A stretch of DNA of 64,000 nucleotides from Nitrospinota bacterium (GTDB lineage Bacteria > JADFOP01 > DATKYB01): NCBI GenBank assembly GCA_035528715.1, contig DATKYB010000054.1:131-64130 (forward strand). The letters run 5' to 3'. The stretch's first letter is position 1. Each line of letters begins with the position of its first letter. Of the stretch, positions 8,794-17,995 are shown one piece after another. A program made the position numbers and the translations under genes. The notes beneath the pieces are model-generated. The model saw nothing but the letters and a program-made list of their open reading frames with translations. It made no database searches and had not been told where the DNA came from.

Positions 8794-9570
8794 TTAAAAA
8801 AAATCCTCAGCAACCTTATAAAACATTTGATCATCGTGAATTTGGATATTGCTTAATTCCTGAGCAATTTTCCCATTGCTTAATACATAAACCTTATCAG
8901 ATATACGTCTGGTCTGTCTTAGGCTATGGGATACTACAATGAGAGTATATTTCTGTTTGAGCTCTAAAAGAAGCTGTTCGATCCTCTTTGATGCCTTGAA
9001 ATCTAGTGAGGATGTTGGTTCATCCAAGAGAATAATCTCAGGTTCTAGTGCTAGAGTTCTTGCTAAACACAACCTCTGTTGCTGACCACCTGAAAGGATA
9101 AGGGCTGGTTTTTTTAATCTATCCTTGACCTCATCCCATAGATGAACCTGTTGCAATGAATTTATTAACCTCTCCTCTCTTTCAGAGCGGTTCAAACCTG
9201 TGATTATTTTGAGAGCAAGTGTAATATTTCGCTTTATGGTTGTAGGAAGAGGGTTGGGATGCTGAAAAACCATTCCTATTTTTCTTCGCAAATAAACGGG
9301 TGAGGAATAGTTGCTAAGTATATTATGCCATTTATCTTGAAGCTTTATAAAAAGTTTTCCACTTGTATAGCAATTTTCCTCGATATCATTCAGCCGATTT
9401 ATCGCTCTAAGCAAAGTTGTTTTGCCTGATCCCGATGGCCCGATAATCGAATTGATTTTATTTTGAGAAAAACTTGCGCTAGTGTTTTTAATAACCTCTT
9501 TACTGCCGAATCTTACACATAAGTTTTCTATGTGAATTTTCCAGTCTGATTGAAATTTTTTATCTACCAT
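8794..9570 (-). CDS. pstB: Phosphate ABC transporter ATP-binding protein PstB
   Basis: Walker A GPSGSGKTT, ABC signature LSGGQQQRL, Walker B ILLLDEPTSSLD. Its length and its position last in a pstSCAB-ordered cluster are as expected. Confidence 0.9.
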   Translation of the reverse strand: MVDKKFQSDWKIHIENLCVRFGSKEVIKNTSASFSQNKINSIIGPSGSGKTTLLRAINRLNDIEENCYTSGKLFIKLQDKWHNILSNYSSPVYLRRKIGMVFQHPNPLPTTIKRNITLALKIITGLNRSEREERLINSLQQVHLWDEVKDRLKKPALILSGGQQQRLCLARTLALEPEIILLDEPTSSLDFKASKRIEQLLLELKQKYTLIVVSHSLRQTRRISDKVYVLSNGKIAQELSNIQIHDDQMFYKVAEDFF

Positions 9571-10439
9571 CTTTTTTCTAACCTTTTTCTTATCATGTAA
9601 GAAACAAAGAATAGAGTCCCGGTTATCGTAAGTAATATTAAGGAAGCACCATAGCCTCTTGCTAACTCTTCAGCGGATGTATATTCAGCTGCAATATAGA
9701 ATATATAAAAAGGAAGAGCCTCATATTTTGAAAAGATAGAGTCTGGAATGCCTCCAATTGCAACCACCCCGGTAAGCATAATCACAGCAGTGTCTTCAGC
9801 ACATCTTCCAATTGAAAGTATAATACCGCTTAGGATATTCTTGGTTGATTGCGGTAGGCGAATATGCCAAAGATCGTCTAATTTGCTAAAGCCAAGCGAA
9901 GGACCTATGAGCTGTGATTCTTTAGGAATAGAGGATAGAGCAATTTGAGTTGTTTTTATAAGGTAAGGTAAAACCAAGAATGCCAGAGAGAGAGCAGAAA
10001 CAATAAGGCATGTATTCGCTGCTGGCGTAATAAATTTATGGATGAGTAAAACCAGAGAGAACGCAAATAATCCCATAACAATTGATGGTATTCCAGCTAA
10101 AAGATCAATGAAGAAGGAAAACATTGCTTTGAGATTAGCTGGACAGTATTCTGACAGATAAATTCCTGCGGAAATCCCTAAAGGTATTGAAATTGCTGTT
10201 GATAAAATAATAAGAAAAAATGTTCCTACCATTGCTGGCCAGATACCGTCAAATACAATTTGCTTTCCTATCAGAGCCTTATACCAATGCACATCTCCAA
10301 AAATTAACTTTAAACCTAGGTTAGGCATACTTTTGTAAAGTAAAAATCCGATAAGGCATGCAACCACAGTTATAAGGAATATTCCACATGACCAACAGTA
10401 CAAAAATAAGAAATTTTCTATAGTCTGAGTTCTTTTCAT
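9564..10439 (-). CDS. pstA: Phosphate ABC transporter permease PstA
   Basis: Multi-transmembrane ABC permease with the EAA-like loop, placed between pstC and pstB. Confidence 0.85.
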   Translation of the reverse strand: MKRTQTIENFLFLYCWSCGIFLITVVACLIGFLLYKSMPNLGLKLIFGDVHWYKALIGKQIVFDGIWPAMVGTFFLIILSTAISIPLGISAGIYLSEYCPANLKAMFSFFIDLLAGIPSIVMGLFAFSLVLLIHKFITPAANTCLIVSALSLAFLVLPYLIKTTQIALSSIPKESQLIGPSLGFSKLDDLWHIRLPQSTKNILSGIILSIGRCAEDTAVIMLTGVVAIGGIPDSIFSKYEALPFYIFYIAAEYTSAEELARGYGASLILLTITGTLFFVSYMIRKRLEKRW

Positions 10440-11287
10440 TGATCTAATCTTTTCTTGTGAATTATAAAATAAGAACTCAAGCTTGCTAACAACATAAATA
10501 TAAAAAGAATGAGGCCGGATGCAAAGATTGATTTAAACGTCAAGCTCTCAGTATCAGACGCCAAAACAAGTGCTATCTGAGCCGTCAGTGTTCTCACAGA
10601 ATCAAAGAAACTGTAGGGAACCTGTGCTGCATTACCGGCGATCATCAAGGCTATCATGGTATCTCCTACTGCCCTACCGAACCCGAGAATAACCGCATTG
10701 ATAATTCCAAATTTACTATAGGGTATAATAATATATATCAGTTCCTGAATAGGGGTAAAGCCTAATGCCTTTGATGATTCAATATAGCTTTTGGGAACAC
10801 TTTTAAAACTATCACTAATTAAAAGCACCATGGTTGGGAGAATAAGTATGCTCAAAACAAATATAGCGCTTAAAAGACAAAACCCACTTCCTTTCCCTGA
10901 AATATCCCTGACAAAGGGTATTAAGAGAAATATTGAAACAAAGCCGTAAATAACTGTAGGTATGCTAGTCATAAAGCGTATCAAAATATCTCCAATCTTC
11001 GCTATACCCTTATTGGCAAGACTTGATAAAAGGCAAGAAATTCCAAGACCGATCGGTAAAGCTATCGTAACCGCTAAAACTGCAAGGATAATAGATGTGA
11101 GAGCCATTGGCAAAATCCCAAATTTTCCATATAAGGGCTGCCACTCAAAGCTTAATATATTTCTTAATATAGCTGGCTGAAAGAGGGGTAAAGAAAAATA
11201 GATTAAAAAAAAGAGTATCAAAACTGATAGAGAAACAGCAAACAAACCAGCCAAATAAAGACATCTTTCTAATATCTTGTCTTTCAT
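10436..11287 (-). CDS. pstC: Phosphate ABC transporter permease PstC
   Basis: Multi-transmembrane ABC permease (..GFGRAVGDTMIALMIAGNA..) directly after pstS. Confidence 0.85.
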   Translation of the reverse strand: MKDKILERCLYLAGLFAVSLSVLILFFLIYFSLPLFQPAILRNILSFEWQPLYGKFGILPMALTSIILAVLAVTIALPIGLGISCLLSSLANKGIAKIGDILIRFMTSIPTVIYGFVSIFLLIPFVRDISGKGSGFCLLSAIFVLSILILPTMVLLISDSFKSVPKSYIESSKALGFTPIQELIYIIIPYSKFGIINAVILGFGRAVGDTMIALMIAGNAAQVPYSFFDSVRTLTAQIALVLASDTESLTFKSIFASGLILFIFMLLASLSSYFIIHKKRLDQ

Positions 11288-11392
11288 ATCTTTGTTTTAG
11301 TTTTTGATAAAAAAATAAAAAGCCAGCTTATTTCATCATGATTCATATTTTTTAACAAGCTAGCCTTTACAGTAAACAAAAAGAAGTCTTAT

Positions 11393-12220
11393 CTATTGAA
11401 TAGGGATAAAATTATGCTTTTTAATAATCTTTTCACCTTCGGGTCCCATGATATAATCAATAAAGGCCTTTACAAGAGGTTTTGGTTCACCTTTAGCATT
11501 TGAGTAAAGCTTTCTTACTACTTTGTATTCTCCACTTAAGGCAGTTTCCTGGGACGGTTTCACACCATCTACAATCGGTGCTTTTACGGTTTCATCAATA
11601 TGACCAATGGAGATATAACCAATAGCATTCGGATCATTTGCAACAGCTACCTTCATTGCCCCATTTGATGGGACTACGTTTGCTTTAGAACTCACCTTCC
11701 CCTTTTTTAACATTTTTTTCCAAAAGACTGCTCTGGTTCCGCTCGCTTCGTCTCTGGTATAAAGATTAATTGTTGCATCATTCCCGTCCACATCTCTCCA
11801 ATTGCTGAGCTTGCCTGAATAGATATCTTGAACCTGGCTGCTTCTAAAAGAAGAAACCTTGTTTTTTTTATTCAAGACCACAGCAACACCGTCCAGAGCC
11901 CAAGGATATAGTTTTAAGCCATATTTTTTAATTTCTGTATCTTCCGGTTTTCTTCCAGAGTTGCCGATATCAACGAGGCCTTCTCCAACCTTCTGGATAC
12001 CAACACCACTTCCCCCGCCAGCAATGGTAATCTTAATCTTTGGATTAAAAGACATAACTCTTTTTGCCGCATCCTTCAATACAGGAATATGGGCAGTTCC
12101 TCCAGCAATATCAATCGTTCCGCTCATTCCCTTAAAACGATCCAGCTCACCTGCTTGCGTTGCTTTGCCTATTGATATTAAAGCTATACCCAGCAATAAC
12201 ACCAAAAAAAACTTCTTCAT
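11393..12220 (-). CDS. pstS: Phosphate ABC transporter substrate-binding protein (PstS family)
   Basis: Signal peptide followed by the PBP-superfamily phosphate-binding fold (TIDIAGGTAHIP..., SGTRAVF), first in a pstSCAB operon. Confidence 0.85.
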   Translation of the reverse strand: MKKFFLVLLLGIALISIGKATQAGELDRFKGMSGTIDIAGGTAHIPVLKDAAKRVMSFNPKIKITIAGGGSGVGIQKVGEGLVDIGNSGRKPEDTEIKKYGLKLYPWALDGVAVVLNKKNKVSSFRSSQVQDIYSGKLSNWRDVDGNDATINLYTRDEASGTRAVFWKKMLKKGKVSSKANVVPSNGAMKVAVANDPNAIGYISIGHIDETVKAPIVDGVKPSQETALSGEYKVVRKLYSNAKGEPKPLVKAFIDYIMGPEGEKIIKKHNFIPIQ

Positions 12221-12258
12221 ACAAACTCCTTAGGAATGGTTGATTAAAAGATAAATAT

Positions 12259-12283
12259 TTTTGTTTATTTAGCATAAACAAAA
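12259..12283. promoter_or_regulatory. Perfect 10-bp inverted repeat TTTTGTTTAT-N5-ATAAACAAAA about 40 bp upstream of the pstS start. Candidate operator.
   Basis: Exact palindrome seen in the sequence. It does not match the E. coli Pho box. Confidence 0.3.
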
Positions 12284-12553
12284 TCGATTTGTCAAATAGG
12301 AAAAATCAATAATTAGATGATTTTTATCTTGAGAAACTATATTGCTCCCCTTTTCTTGTTTGTACAAGAAAGGTAAGAAAGAATATGCTTTGAAAATCTA
12401 ATGTTAGTTTAAAATCCAAAAAATTTATTAATCAGAAACTTTTAAATATTTTTTAATTTTCTAATCTAATGAATTATGATATAAGGTTCCTATCAAAAAG
12501 ACTCTCATAATAATTAATATCTTTTATTTTTCTATATTGAAGGGAAAAGAGGA

Positions 12554-12802
12554 ATGGCTTCTCTTGAACCTTATTTATTATTCAGGATCTTTTTAGTTGT
12601 TTTATTTAGTAGTTATCTCATCTATACGGTCTTTGACATTATTTTCTGGTTTAAAGATCTTCCAGTTTTATTTAAGAAATATATTTTAATATCTCTCCTT
12701 TCGTTGAGGTTTTCAGCTGTAAAAAAAGAGCTTTATACTATACTGTTTTTATCACCTATTTTAACTATTTTGGTCTGGCTTAATTTAAGAATTGTTTTTT
12801 AA
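12554..12802 (+). CDS. Hypothetical small membrane protein (82 aa); could be a spurious AT-rich ORF
   Basis: Highly hydrophobic; the A+T-biased sequence naturally yields F/I/L codons. Its stop overlaps the start of the next ORF (TAAAGATG). Confidence 0.25.
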   Translation: MASLEPYLLFRIFLVVLFSSYLIYTVFDIIFWFKDLPVLFKKYILISLLSLRFSAVKKELYTILFLSPILTILVWLNLRIVF

Positions 12803-12804
12803 AG

Positions 12805-13236
12805 ATGGTAAAACTTCATTTAATAAAATCTATAGTCGATTTTCTATCTAAACCTGCTTTTAAAAAGACAGCCTCAGAGGTTGCCAAGATGGCAGTAAGA
12901 GAGGCAGGGATGAAAGCAGGTATGCAAGCAGTTAACAAAACAGCAAGTGCTATCAGCAGTGCGCCAAAAAAGGTCGAGGCCTTTGTTGATAGAAAAAAAG
13001 ATCAGTATCTAAAAGAAATATTAAGAGAAGCAGAGATTTTCTTTGAAAATCAAATGGATATCTTAGAAAAAAAGGTGGATAAAAAGATTACTGATATAGA
13101 AAAGCGATTGGATGATCAGATTCAGAAAGAGCTTCGAATAAAACTGAGAATTCTTATTTATACTCTTATTACAATAATTTTAGTAAGCCTTCTTTCACTG
13201 GGATATTTCTATATAAAAAAGGTCTTCAATATTTAG
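12805..13236 (+). CDS. Hypothetical protein with coiled-coil region and C-terminal transmembrane helix
   Basis: ATG start; charged helical middle (EILREAEIFFENQMDILEKKVDKKITDIEKRLDDQIQKEL); C-terminal hydrophobic helix. No recognisable family. Confidence 0.4.
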   Translation: MVKLHLIKSIVDFLSKPAFKKTASEVAKMAVREAGMKAGMQAVNKTASAISSAPKKVEAFVDRKKDQYLKEILREAEIFFENQMDILEKKVDKKITDIEKRLDDQIQKELRIKLRILIYTLITIILVSLLSLGYFYIKKVFNI

Positions 13237-13347
13237 AACGACTACTTTTTCATTATTGAAAAAACCTTTTAATATTATTATACTGAAATATTATAGAACC
13301 ATAAATTATCGAATGAATATTTTTTAAAAAGGAGGAATCTATTGATT

Positions 13348-15783
13348 ATGAAGATAAATCTTGCTTCCAAAGAGGTGCCTATTGAAAATCTGAGATGGCG
13401 TTGCGACCTAAATAAACTTACTTTTAAAGATACCTGTGAAGTCAAGGCCTGTGATGAAATTATAGGTCAAGAAAGGGCTTTAAAAGCTATTAGACTGGGT
13501 CTTGAAATAGAAGGCATGGGTTACAATGTCTTTGTAACCGGATTGGCAGGAACTGGAAGAACAACTACCATAAAATGTCTCTTAGAAGAGATAGATAAAA
13601 AGAAAAAGCTTCCAGATGATATCTGTTATGTAAATAACTTTCAAGATCCTGATACACCTCGAGCGATACTTCTCAAACCAGGATTAGGGAAAAAATTTAA
13701 GAGGGATATGAATCTGTTAATAGAATCGATGAAAAAAAATATCCCAGAAGTATTTGAAAGTGAGGGATACCAAAAAAAACAAAAGAATATTGTTGAGTCA
13801 CTGAGAGAAAAAGGGAAGGATATCTTTAAAGAACTCGAAAAAAAACTGTCCAAAGAAGGATTTACAACTATCCAAGTTCAGCCCGGGCAATACCTAAGGC
13901 TCGATATAGCTCCATTAGTAAAAGAAAAACCTATCAATATAGATGAATTAGAAAAAATAACAGAGGAGGGAAAATTTTCTAAAGAAGAATTTAAAAGGCT
14001 AAAAGAAAAATATAAAGAATTCAGTACAGACCTTTTAGAGACAATTAACATAAGCCAGAAGATTGAAAAAGAAATTCGTGAAAATGTTGATGAGCTCAAC
14101 AAAAAAACTCTCTTGCCTCTCGTAGAAAATGCAATTTTTGAAATCAAAGTAAAATATAAAAACAAAAAGATAGACCGATATCTAGAAGATGTTAAAACCG
14201 ATATTTTAGAAAATTTTGAAAGATTTGTAAAAGACGTCTCTCAGTCAAAACATTCTCCTTTTAGAGATATGCCTCCTAAGGAAACCTTTAATGAATATAG
14301 AGTCAATGTTCTTATAGACAATTCAGAAGTTAAGGGATCTCCGATTATTATCGAAACGAATCCAACATATAAAAATCTATTTGGAACTATTGAGAGAGTT
14401 TTGGACCGGAGCGGTGTATGGCAGACAGATTTTACAAGGATTAAGGCAGGTTCCTTTCTTAAGGCTAATAATGGATACCTTGTAATTAATGCACTGGATG
14501 CCATGATAGAGTCAGGGGTTTGGCAAACACTGAAAAGAACTCTAAGAAATAGGGTTATGGAGATTCAAAGTTATGACCCCTTTTACATGGCAAGCATCTC
14601 TGCATTAAAACCAGAACCAATAGAGGTGAATGTAAAGGTAGTAATGATAGGAGATAACTATCTCTATCACCTCTTATACAATCACGACGATGACTTTAAA
14701 AAGATCTTTAAGGTAAAGGCAGAGTTTGACTCTGAAATGGATAAAAAAGAAGAAAGCATTGCCCAGTATACCACTTTTGTTTCAAAGATATGTATCCAGG
14801 ATAATCTTCTCCCTTTTGATAATAAGGCCATAGGAGCTATTATAGAATATGGTGTAAGACTGGCAGGAAAACAATTCAAGATATCTATACGCTTTAATAA
14901 GATAGAAGAAATCGTGAAAGAAGCCAATTTTTGGGCAAAAAAAAATGGCCGCAGAATCGTTACTGAAGAGTATGTGGATGAGGCTATTAAGGAAAAATAT
15001 AATAGGGTCCGACTGACAGAGGATAAACTCCAAGAGATGATTGATAGAGGAACATTAATGATAGACACTGACGGCATGGTAGTGGGACAGGTAAATGGCC
15101 TCTCTGTCTATGATACAGGAGACTATTCCTTTGGAATCCCAACCAGAATTACTGCCAAGACATCTATGGGCAGAGACGGCATCATTAATATCGAGAGAGA
15201 GGCAGATTTAAGCGGAAAAACCCACAACAAGGGTGTCTTAATCTTAGAAGGCTATCTAAGAAGTAAGTACGCCCAGGACAAACCCTTAACCCTCAGTTCA
15301 AGCCTCTGCTTTGAGCAATCATACGGTGGAGTAGATGGTGATAGTGCCTCCTCTACAGAAGTATATGCCATTTTATCAAGTCTCAGCGAACTCCCCTTAA
15401 GACAGGATATTGCAGTTACAGGTTCTGTTAACCAGAAGGGAGAGATACAACCCATCGGTGGGGTAAACCAGAAAATCGAGGGGTTTTATGATGCGTGTAA
15501 GGCCAAAGGACTTACTGGAAAACAAGGGGTAATGATCCCCCATTTGAATATCGAAAATCTCGCCTTGAGAAAGGATATTGTTAAGGCAGTCGAGGAGAAA
15601 AAATTCCATGTCTATTCTGTAAAAAATATAGATGGAGGTATTGAAATCCTAACCGGAGTAAAGGCTGGTAAGATTCAGAAAGATGGAACTTATCAAAAGG
15701 GATCCGTTAATTATCTGGTCAATCAAAAACTGATGGATCTCGCAATGAAGATGAAAAAATTCGGTGAAAAGAAAAAAAAATAA
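13348..15783 (+). CDS. Lon-like (LonC/COG1067-type) protease: AAA+-like N-terminal region with degenerate Walker A plus C-terminal S16 Ser-Lys protease domain
   Basis: C-terminal Lon proteolytic domain with catalytic Ser in GGVDGDSASS and Lys in IGGVNQKIEG. N-terminal P-loop-like GLAGTGRTT has Arg in place of the canonical Lys. AAAGGAGGAA SD precedes the ATG at 13348; the track start at 13342 is TTG. Confidence 0.8.
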   Translation: MKINLASKEVPIENLRWRCDLNKLTFKDTCEVKACDEIIGQERALKAIRLGLEIEGMGYNVFVTGLAGTGRTTTIKCLLEEIDKKKKLPDDICYVNNFQDPDTPRAILLKPGLGKKFKRDMNLLIESMKKNIPEVFESEGYQKKQKNIVESLREKGKDIFKELEKKLSKEGFTTIQVQPGQYLRLDIAPLVKEKPINIDELEKITEEGKFSKEEFKRLKEKYKEFSTDLLETINISQKIEKEIRENVDELNKKTLLPLVENAIFEIKVKYKNKKIDRYLEDVKTDILENFERFVKDVSQSKHSPFRDMPPKETFNEYRVNVLIDNSEVKGSPIIIETNPTYKNLFGTIERVLDRSGVWQTDFTRIKAGSFLKANNGYLVINALDAMIESGVWQTLKRTLRNRVMEIQSYDPFYMASISALKPEPIEVNVKVVMIGDNYLYHLLYNHDDDFKKIFKVKAEFDSEMDKKEESIAQYTTFVSKICIQDNLLPFDNKAIGAIIEYGVRLAGKQFKISIRFNKIEEIVKEANFWAKKNGRRIVTEEYVDEAIKEKYNRVRLTEDKLQEMIDRGTLMIDTDGMVVGQVNGLSVYDTGDYSFGIPTRITAKTSMGRDGIINIEREADLSGKTHNKGVLILEGYLRSKYAQDKPLTLSSSLCFEQSYGGVDGDSASSTEVYAILSSLSELPLRQDIAVTGSVNQKGEIQPIGGVNQKIEGFYDACKAKGLTGKQGVMIPHLNIENLALRKDIVKAVEEKKFHVYSVKNIDGGIEILTGVKAGKIQKDGTYQKGSVNYLVNQKLMDLAMKMKKFGEKKKK

Positions 15784-15838
15784 AACCAGTTAAAAAAGGG
15801 AAAAAGCCGATAGCTAAAAAATAGTTTTAAGATTCTTT

Positions 15839-16765
15839 TTAAGACGGATTTTTTCTCGAAACAATCTCTTTTAAATTTTTATCATAGGGCGATCTTATAA
15901 TCCCTTTTTCTGTAATGATTGCATCAACAAGTCTGTTAGGGGTCATATCAAAGGCGGGATTGATAACTCTAATCCCATCAGGTGCTATCCTCTTTCCGCT
16001 AAAATGAGTTATCTCATTTGAATCTCTCTCCTCGATTGGAATATCGTCTCCTGAACTCACTGACATATCCATAGAAGATACAGGAGCAGCCACATAAAAA
16101 GGTATATTGTGTTCCATTGCTAAAATAGCTATAGAATAAGTTCCAATCTTGTTAACAACATCACCATTTGAAGCAATTCTATCCGCCCCAACAAGAACCT
16201 TATTAATATCCCCTTTTTTCATGAAATAACCCGCCATATTATCAGTTATTAAAATAACAGGAATCTTGTCCTTATTCAGTTCCCATGCTGTAAGTCGTGC
16301 TCCTTGCAAAAATGGTCTTGTCTCATCTACAAAAACATTAATTCTTTTACCATTTTTTTTGGCTGTTCTTAAAATACCTAATGCTGTCCCATAGCCAGCC
16401 GTTGCTAACGCCCCAGCGTTACAATGGGTTAAGATAGTATCTCCATCCTCAATGAGTTTTTCCCCTATATCACCCATTTTTTTACAAATGGCGATATCTT
16501 CTTCCATAATCTTAATGGCCTCTTTTTCTATTATCTTCTTTAGAACATTAATCTTTAGATCTCTATTATCCTTTATTAGCTTCTTAATCCTATCAATAGC
16601 CCAGAACAAATTGACTGCTGTTGGTCTTGTATCTGCTAAAACCTTGCATATCTTTTCGATTTTTTCATGGAAATCTTTAAAACTAGTCGTATTAATCTTT
16701 TTTGCTCCTATGGCTATACCAAAGGCAGCCGCTACACCAATAGCTGGGGCTCCCCTGACAACCAT
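15839..16765 (-). CDS. mtnA: S-methyl-5-thioribose-1-phosphate isomerase MtnA. The coordinates are an ATG-defined minimum; the conserved N-terminus continues in frame up to 16888 (see findings).
   Basis: eIF-2B/MtnA family motifs VRGAPAIG, THCNAGALATAGYGTALG and GADRIASNGD. Confidence 0.8.
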   Translation of the reverse strand: MVVRGAPAIGVAAAFGIAIGAKKINTTSFKDFHEKIEKICKVLADTRPTAVNLFWAIDRIKKLIKDNRDLKINVLKKIIEKEAIKIMEEDIAICKKMGDIGEKLIEDGDTILTHCNAGALATAGYGTALGILRTAKKNGKRINVFVDETRPFLQGARLTAWELNKDKIPVILITDNMAGYFMKKGDINKVLVGADRIASNGDVVNKIGTYSIAILAMEHNIPFYVAAPVSSMDMSVSSGDDIPIEERDSNEITHFSGKRIAPDGIRVINPAFDMTPNRLVDAIITEKGIIRSPYDKNLKEIVSRKNPS

Positions 16766-16888
16766 ATTCTTAATTGCAGTAGCAACTTCTCTATAATCGT
16801 TACATTCTACATAAACCTCTTCCTCGGGAAGTCTGGTCTGGTCTATTAATATAAGCCTAGTCTTTTTATACTCTAGTGTCTTAACCAG

Positions 16889-17206
16889 CTACTTATCCCC
16901 CTTTGAAATGAGTTTTAAAATGCCTTTTTTATTTATCCCCATAACCATTATTCGCTTTTCTCTGCTTTTTTCACCCCTTATAATAGTAAGAGAGGATGTT
17001 TTTACTCCGAAACTCTTTGCCAAAAACTTTATGCACTCTCTATTCGCTGCTCCTTCAACTGCAGGTGCTGCAATCTTTACCTTCAATACTCCATTGTAAA
17101 TACCACTTATTTCATTCCTAGAAGACTTAGGCACAACCTTGATATCAAAGATAACCCCGTTAGTAGCATCATCAACCTTCAACATAGCATCATTTGCCTC
17201 CCTCAT
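16889..17206 (-). CDS. DUF167 (YggU) family protein
   Basis: About 100 aa; (V)KV.PKSSRNEI.G....LKVKI.APAVEGAAN pattern typical of YggU. A possible internal start at M8 (17185) would remove the overlap with divIVA. Confidence 0.75.
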   Translation of the reverse strand: MREANDAMLKVDDATNGVIFDIKVVPKSSRNEISGIYNGVLKVKIAAPAVEGAANRECIKFLAKSFGVKTSSLTIIRGEKSREKRIMVMGINKKGILKLISKGDK

Positions 17207-17645
17207 CTTCCTTTTCTAATAGCTTTAAATAGGACTCAATAATAGACCTTATCTTTATCTGAAGTTGTTTTTTATGTTTTTTTAATTCCTGAATCTCTAT
17301 CTTTATCTTCTCTACCTCTTTGTGAGAACTGCCCAGTATTTCTCTGGCCCTTAACTCCGCATCTTTTATAATTAACTGGGCTTCTTTCCCTGCTGTTCCT
17401 GCAATTTCATCCTTCAACTTCTGGTTGGATTTCAACATCCTTTTCAGCTTTTCTTCATTTTCCATATAGAGCTTTATCTGCTCCTTCTTCTTTTCCAACT
17501 CACCTTTTAATTTTTTATTTTCTTCAATAATCTCTTCATATTCATTAGCAACTATTTCCAAAAAAGTGTCTACCTCTTCAGCATCAAAACCACGAAATCT
17601 GACATTAAACTGCTGCTGACGAATATCTAAAGGGGTGATTTTCAT
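17190..17645 (-). CDS. divIVA: DivIVA domain cell-division protein
   Basis: N-terminal MKITPLDIRQQQFNVRFRGFDAEEVDTFLEIVA DivIVA lipid-binding domain followed by a coiled coil. Confidence 0.85.
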   Translation of the reverse strand: MKITPLDIRQQQFNVRFRGFDAEEVDTFLEIVANEYEEIIEENKKLKGELEKKKEQIKLYMENEEKLKRMLKSNQKLKDEIAGTAGKEAQLIIKDAELRAREILGSSHKEVEKIKIEIQELKKHKKQLQIKIRSIIESYLKLLEKEDEGGK

Positions 17646-17675
17646 AAATTATCTCCTTTAGGAAAGATAAAAAAT

Positions 17676-17969
17676 CTATCGTAGTTGATAACCTAGTTGA
17701 ACCAATGATTGGATGACAGCTGACCTTAAGAATATTATAGCAAATATAGCTATGATGGGAGAAATATCTATACCTGTAATAGGAATATATCTTCTAATTG
17801 GTGCCAATACAGGCTCAGTAGATCTTATTAAAAACTGAACAATAGGATTGTGGGGATCGGGATTAACCCAAGACATTAACGCTCTTATAATAATAACCCA
17901 CATATAGAGATTAAGGGCAATATCCAGAATGTGGGCTAAGGCCGTTATAAAATTTCCAACTATAAACAT
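17676..17969 (-). CDS. YggT family membrane protein
   Basis: 97 aa, two transmembrane helices, YggT-like (VIIIRALMSWVNPDP..). Sits between proC and divIVA as in ylm clusters. Confidence 0.85.
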   Translation of the reverse strand: MFIVGNFITALAHILDIALNLYMWVIIIRALMSWVNPDPHNPIVQFLIRSTEPVLAPIRRYIPITGIDISPIIAIFAIIFLRSAVIQSLVQLGYQLR

Positions 17970-17995
17970 CTATTTCCTCCTGATCAATCTATAAA

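Noticed and set aside
12554-12802. 82-aa hydrophobic ORF upstream of the Lon-like gene considered as a confident gene
   Set aside because: Its composition is what an AT-rich non-coding stretch yields in any frame, and its SD spacing is poor. It is retained only as a low-confidence hypothetical.
13348-15783. Considered the Lon-like protease as BrxL of a BREX phage-defence system
   Set aside because: No PglX methyltransferase, PglZ, BrxA, BrxB or BrxC genes are nearby; the neighbours are pstS and mtnA. It is treated as a solitary LonC/COG1067-type protease.
16889-17206. Considered a true YggU-MtnA fusion protein through a sequencing error at the TAG
   Set aside because: It cannot be decided from the sequence alone. 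A fusion of these families is not known to me, so the gene calls are kept separate and the anomaly is flagged as a finding.
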